Positions 63,872 to 64,000 of a stretch of DNA of 64,000 nucleotides are shown here, piece by piece. The notes beneath the pieces are model-generated. The model was not told where the DNA came from, ran no database searches, and saw only the letters and a list, made by a program, of their open reading frames with translations. Position numbers and translations under genes: made by a program. Source of the DNA: Methanotrichaceae archaeon (GTDB lineage: Archaea > Halobacteriota > Methanosarcinia > Methanotrichales > Methanotrichaceae); NCBI GenBank assembly GCA_963748825.1, contig CAVVKN010000023.1, positions 192,001 through 256,000 of the forward strand, given 5' to 3'. The first letter of the stretch is position 1; each line of letters opens with the position of its first letter.

Positions 63872-64000
63872 ATGTTAGCTGCAGTTTTAAAGGCCCCCGG
63901 ACTCATTGAGCTTGAGGAGGTGCCGGACGCGGAGTGCCCAAAAGGCGGAGCCCTTCTAGAGGTAAAGGCCTGCGCTGTATGCGGCACGGACATCAAAATG
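63872..64000 (+). CDS. Zinc-dependent (MDR-family) dehydrogenase, 5' partial
   Basis: MLAAVLKAPGLIELEEVP...LEVKACAVCGTDIK. Confidence 0.8.
   Translation, partial: MLAAVLKAPGLIELEEVPDAECPKGGALLEVKACAVCGTDIKM

Overview
Archaeal methanogen DNA, most consistent with Methanothrix (Methanosaeta). The evidence is cfbE/cfbD, a stand-alone mcrC, AglB, dph5, archaeal PolB, PheS/T and TrpS; the genus call is an inference from gene content and style. Housekeeping blocks (1-5 kb, 11.5-18.3 kb, 34.8-42.6 kb, 49.5-64 kb) flank two accessory regions. The first (5.2-11.1 kb) holds exported pentapeptide-repeat proteins, a BMP-family binding protein and a broken binding/sensor-domain::pentapeptide fusion. The second (18.6-34.6 kb) is AT-richer and holds signal-peptide proteins, including a matrixin-type metalloprotease and an exported-looking metacaspase. 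It also has two complete IS elements with TIRs and TSDs (IS1634; IS4 family), a degraded hicBA pair and an unannotated ~0.5 kb internally deleted IS110-family element. That element keeps highly structured non-coding ends (candidate archaeal bridge RNA) and abuts a dispersed palindromic MITE-like repeat found three more times in the window. Two tRNAs (Ser-GCT, Ile-GAT), two orphan structured intergenic elements and a tandem duplication of the katG leader are also visible. Several housekeeping genes (polB, carB, pheS, nnr, mutS-like) carry single-base frameshifts, which most likely reflect assembly indel errors. All product calls come from motif recognition only; no database search was run.
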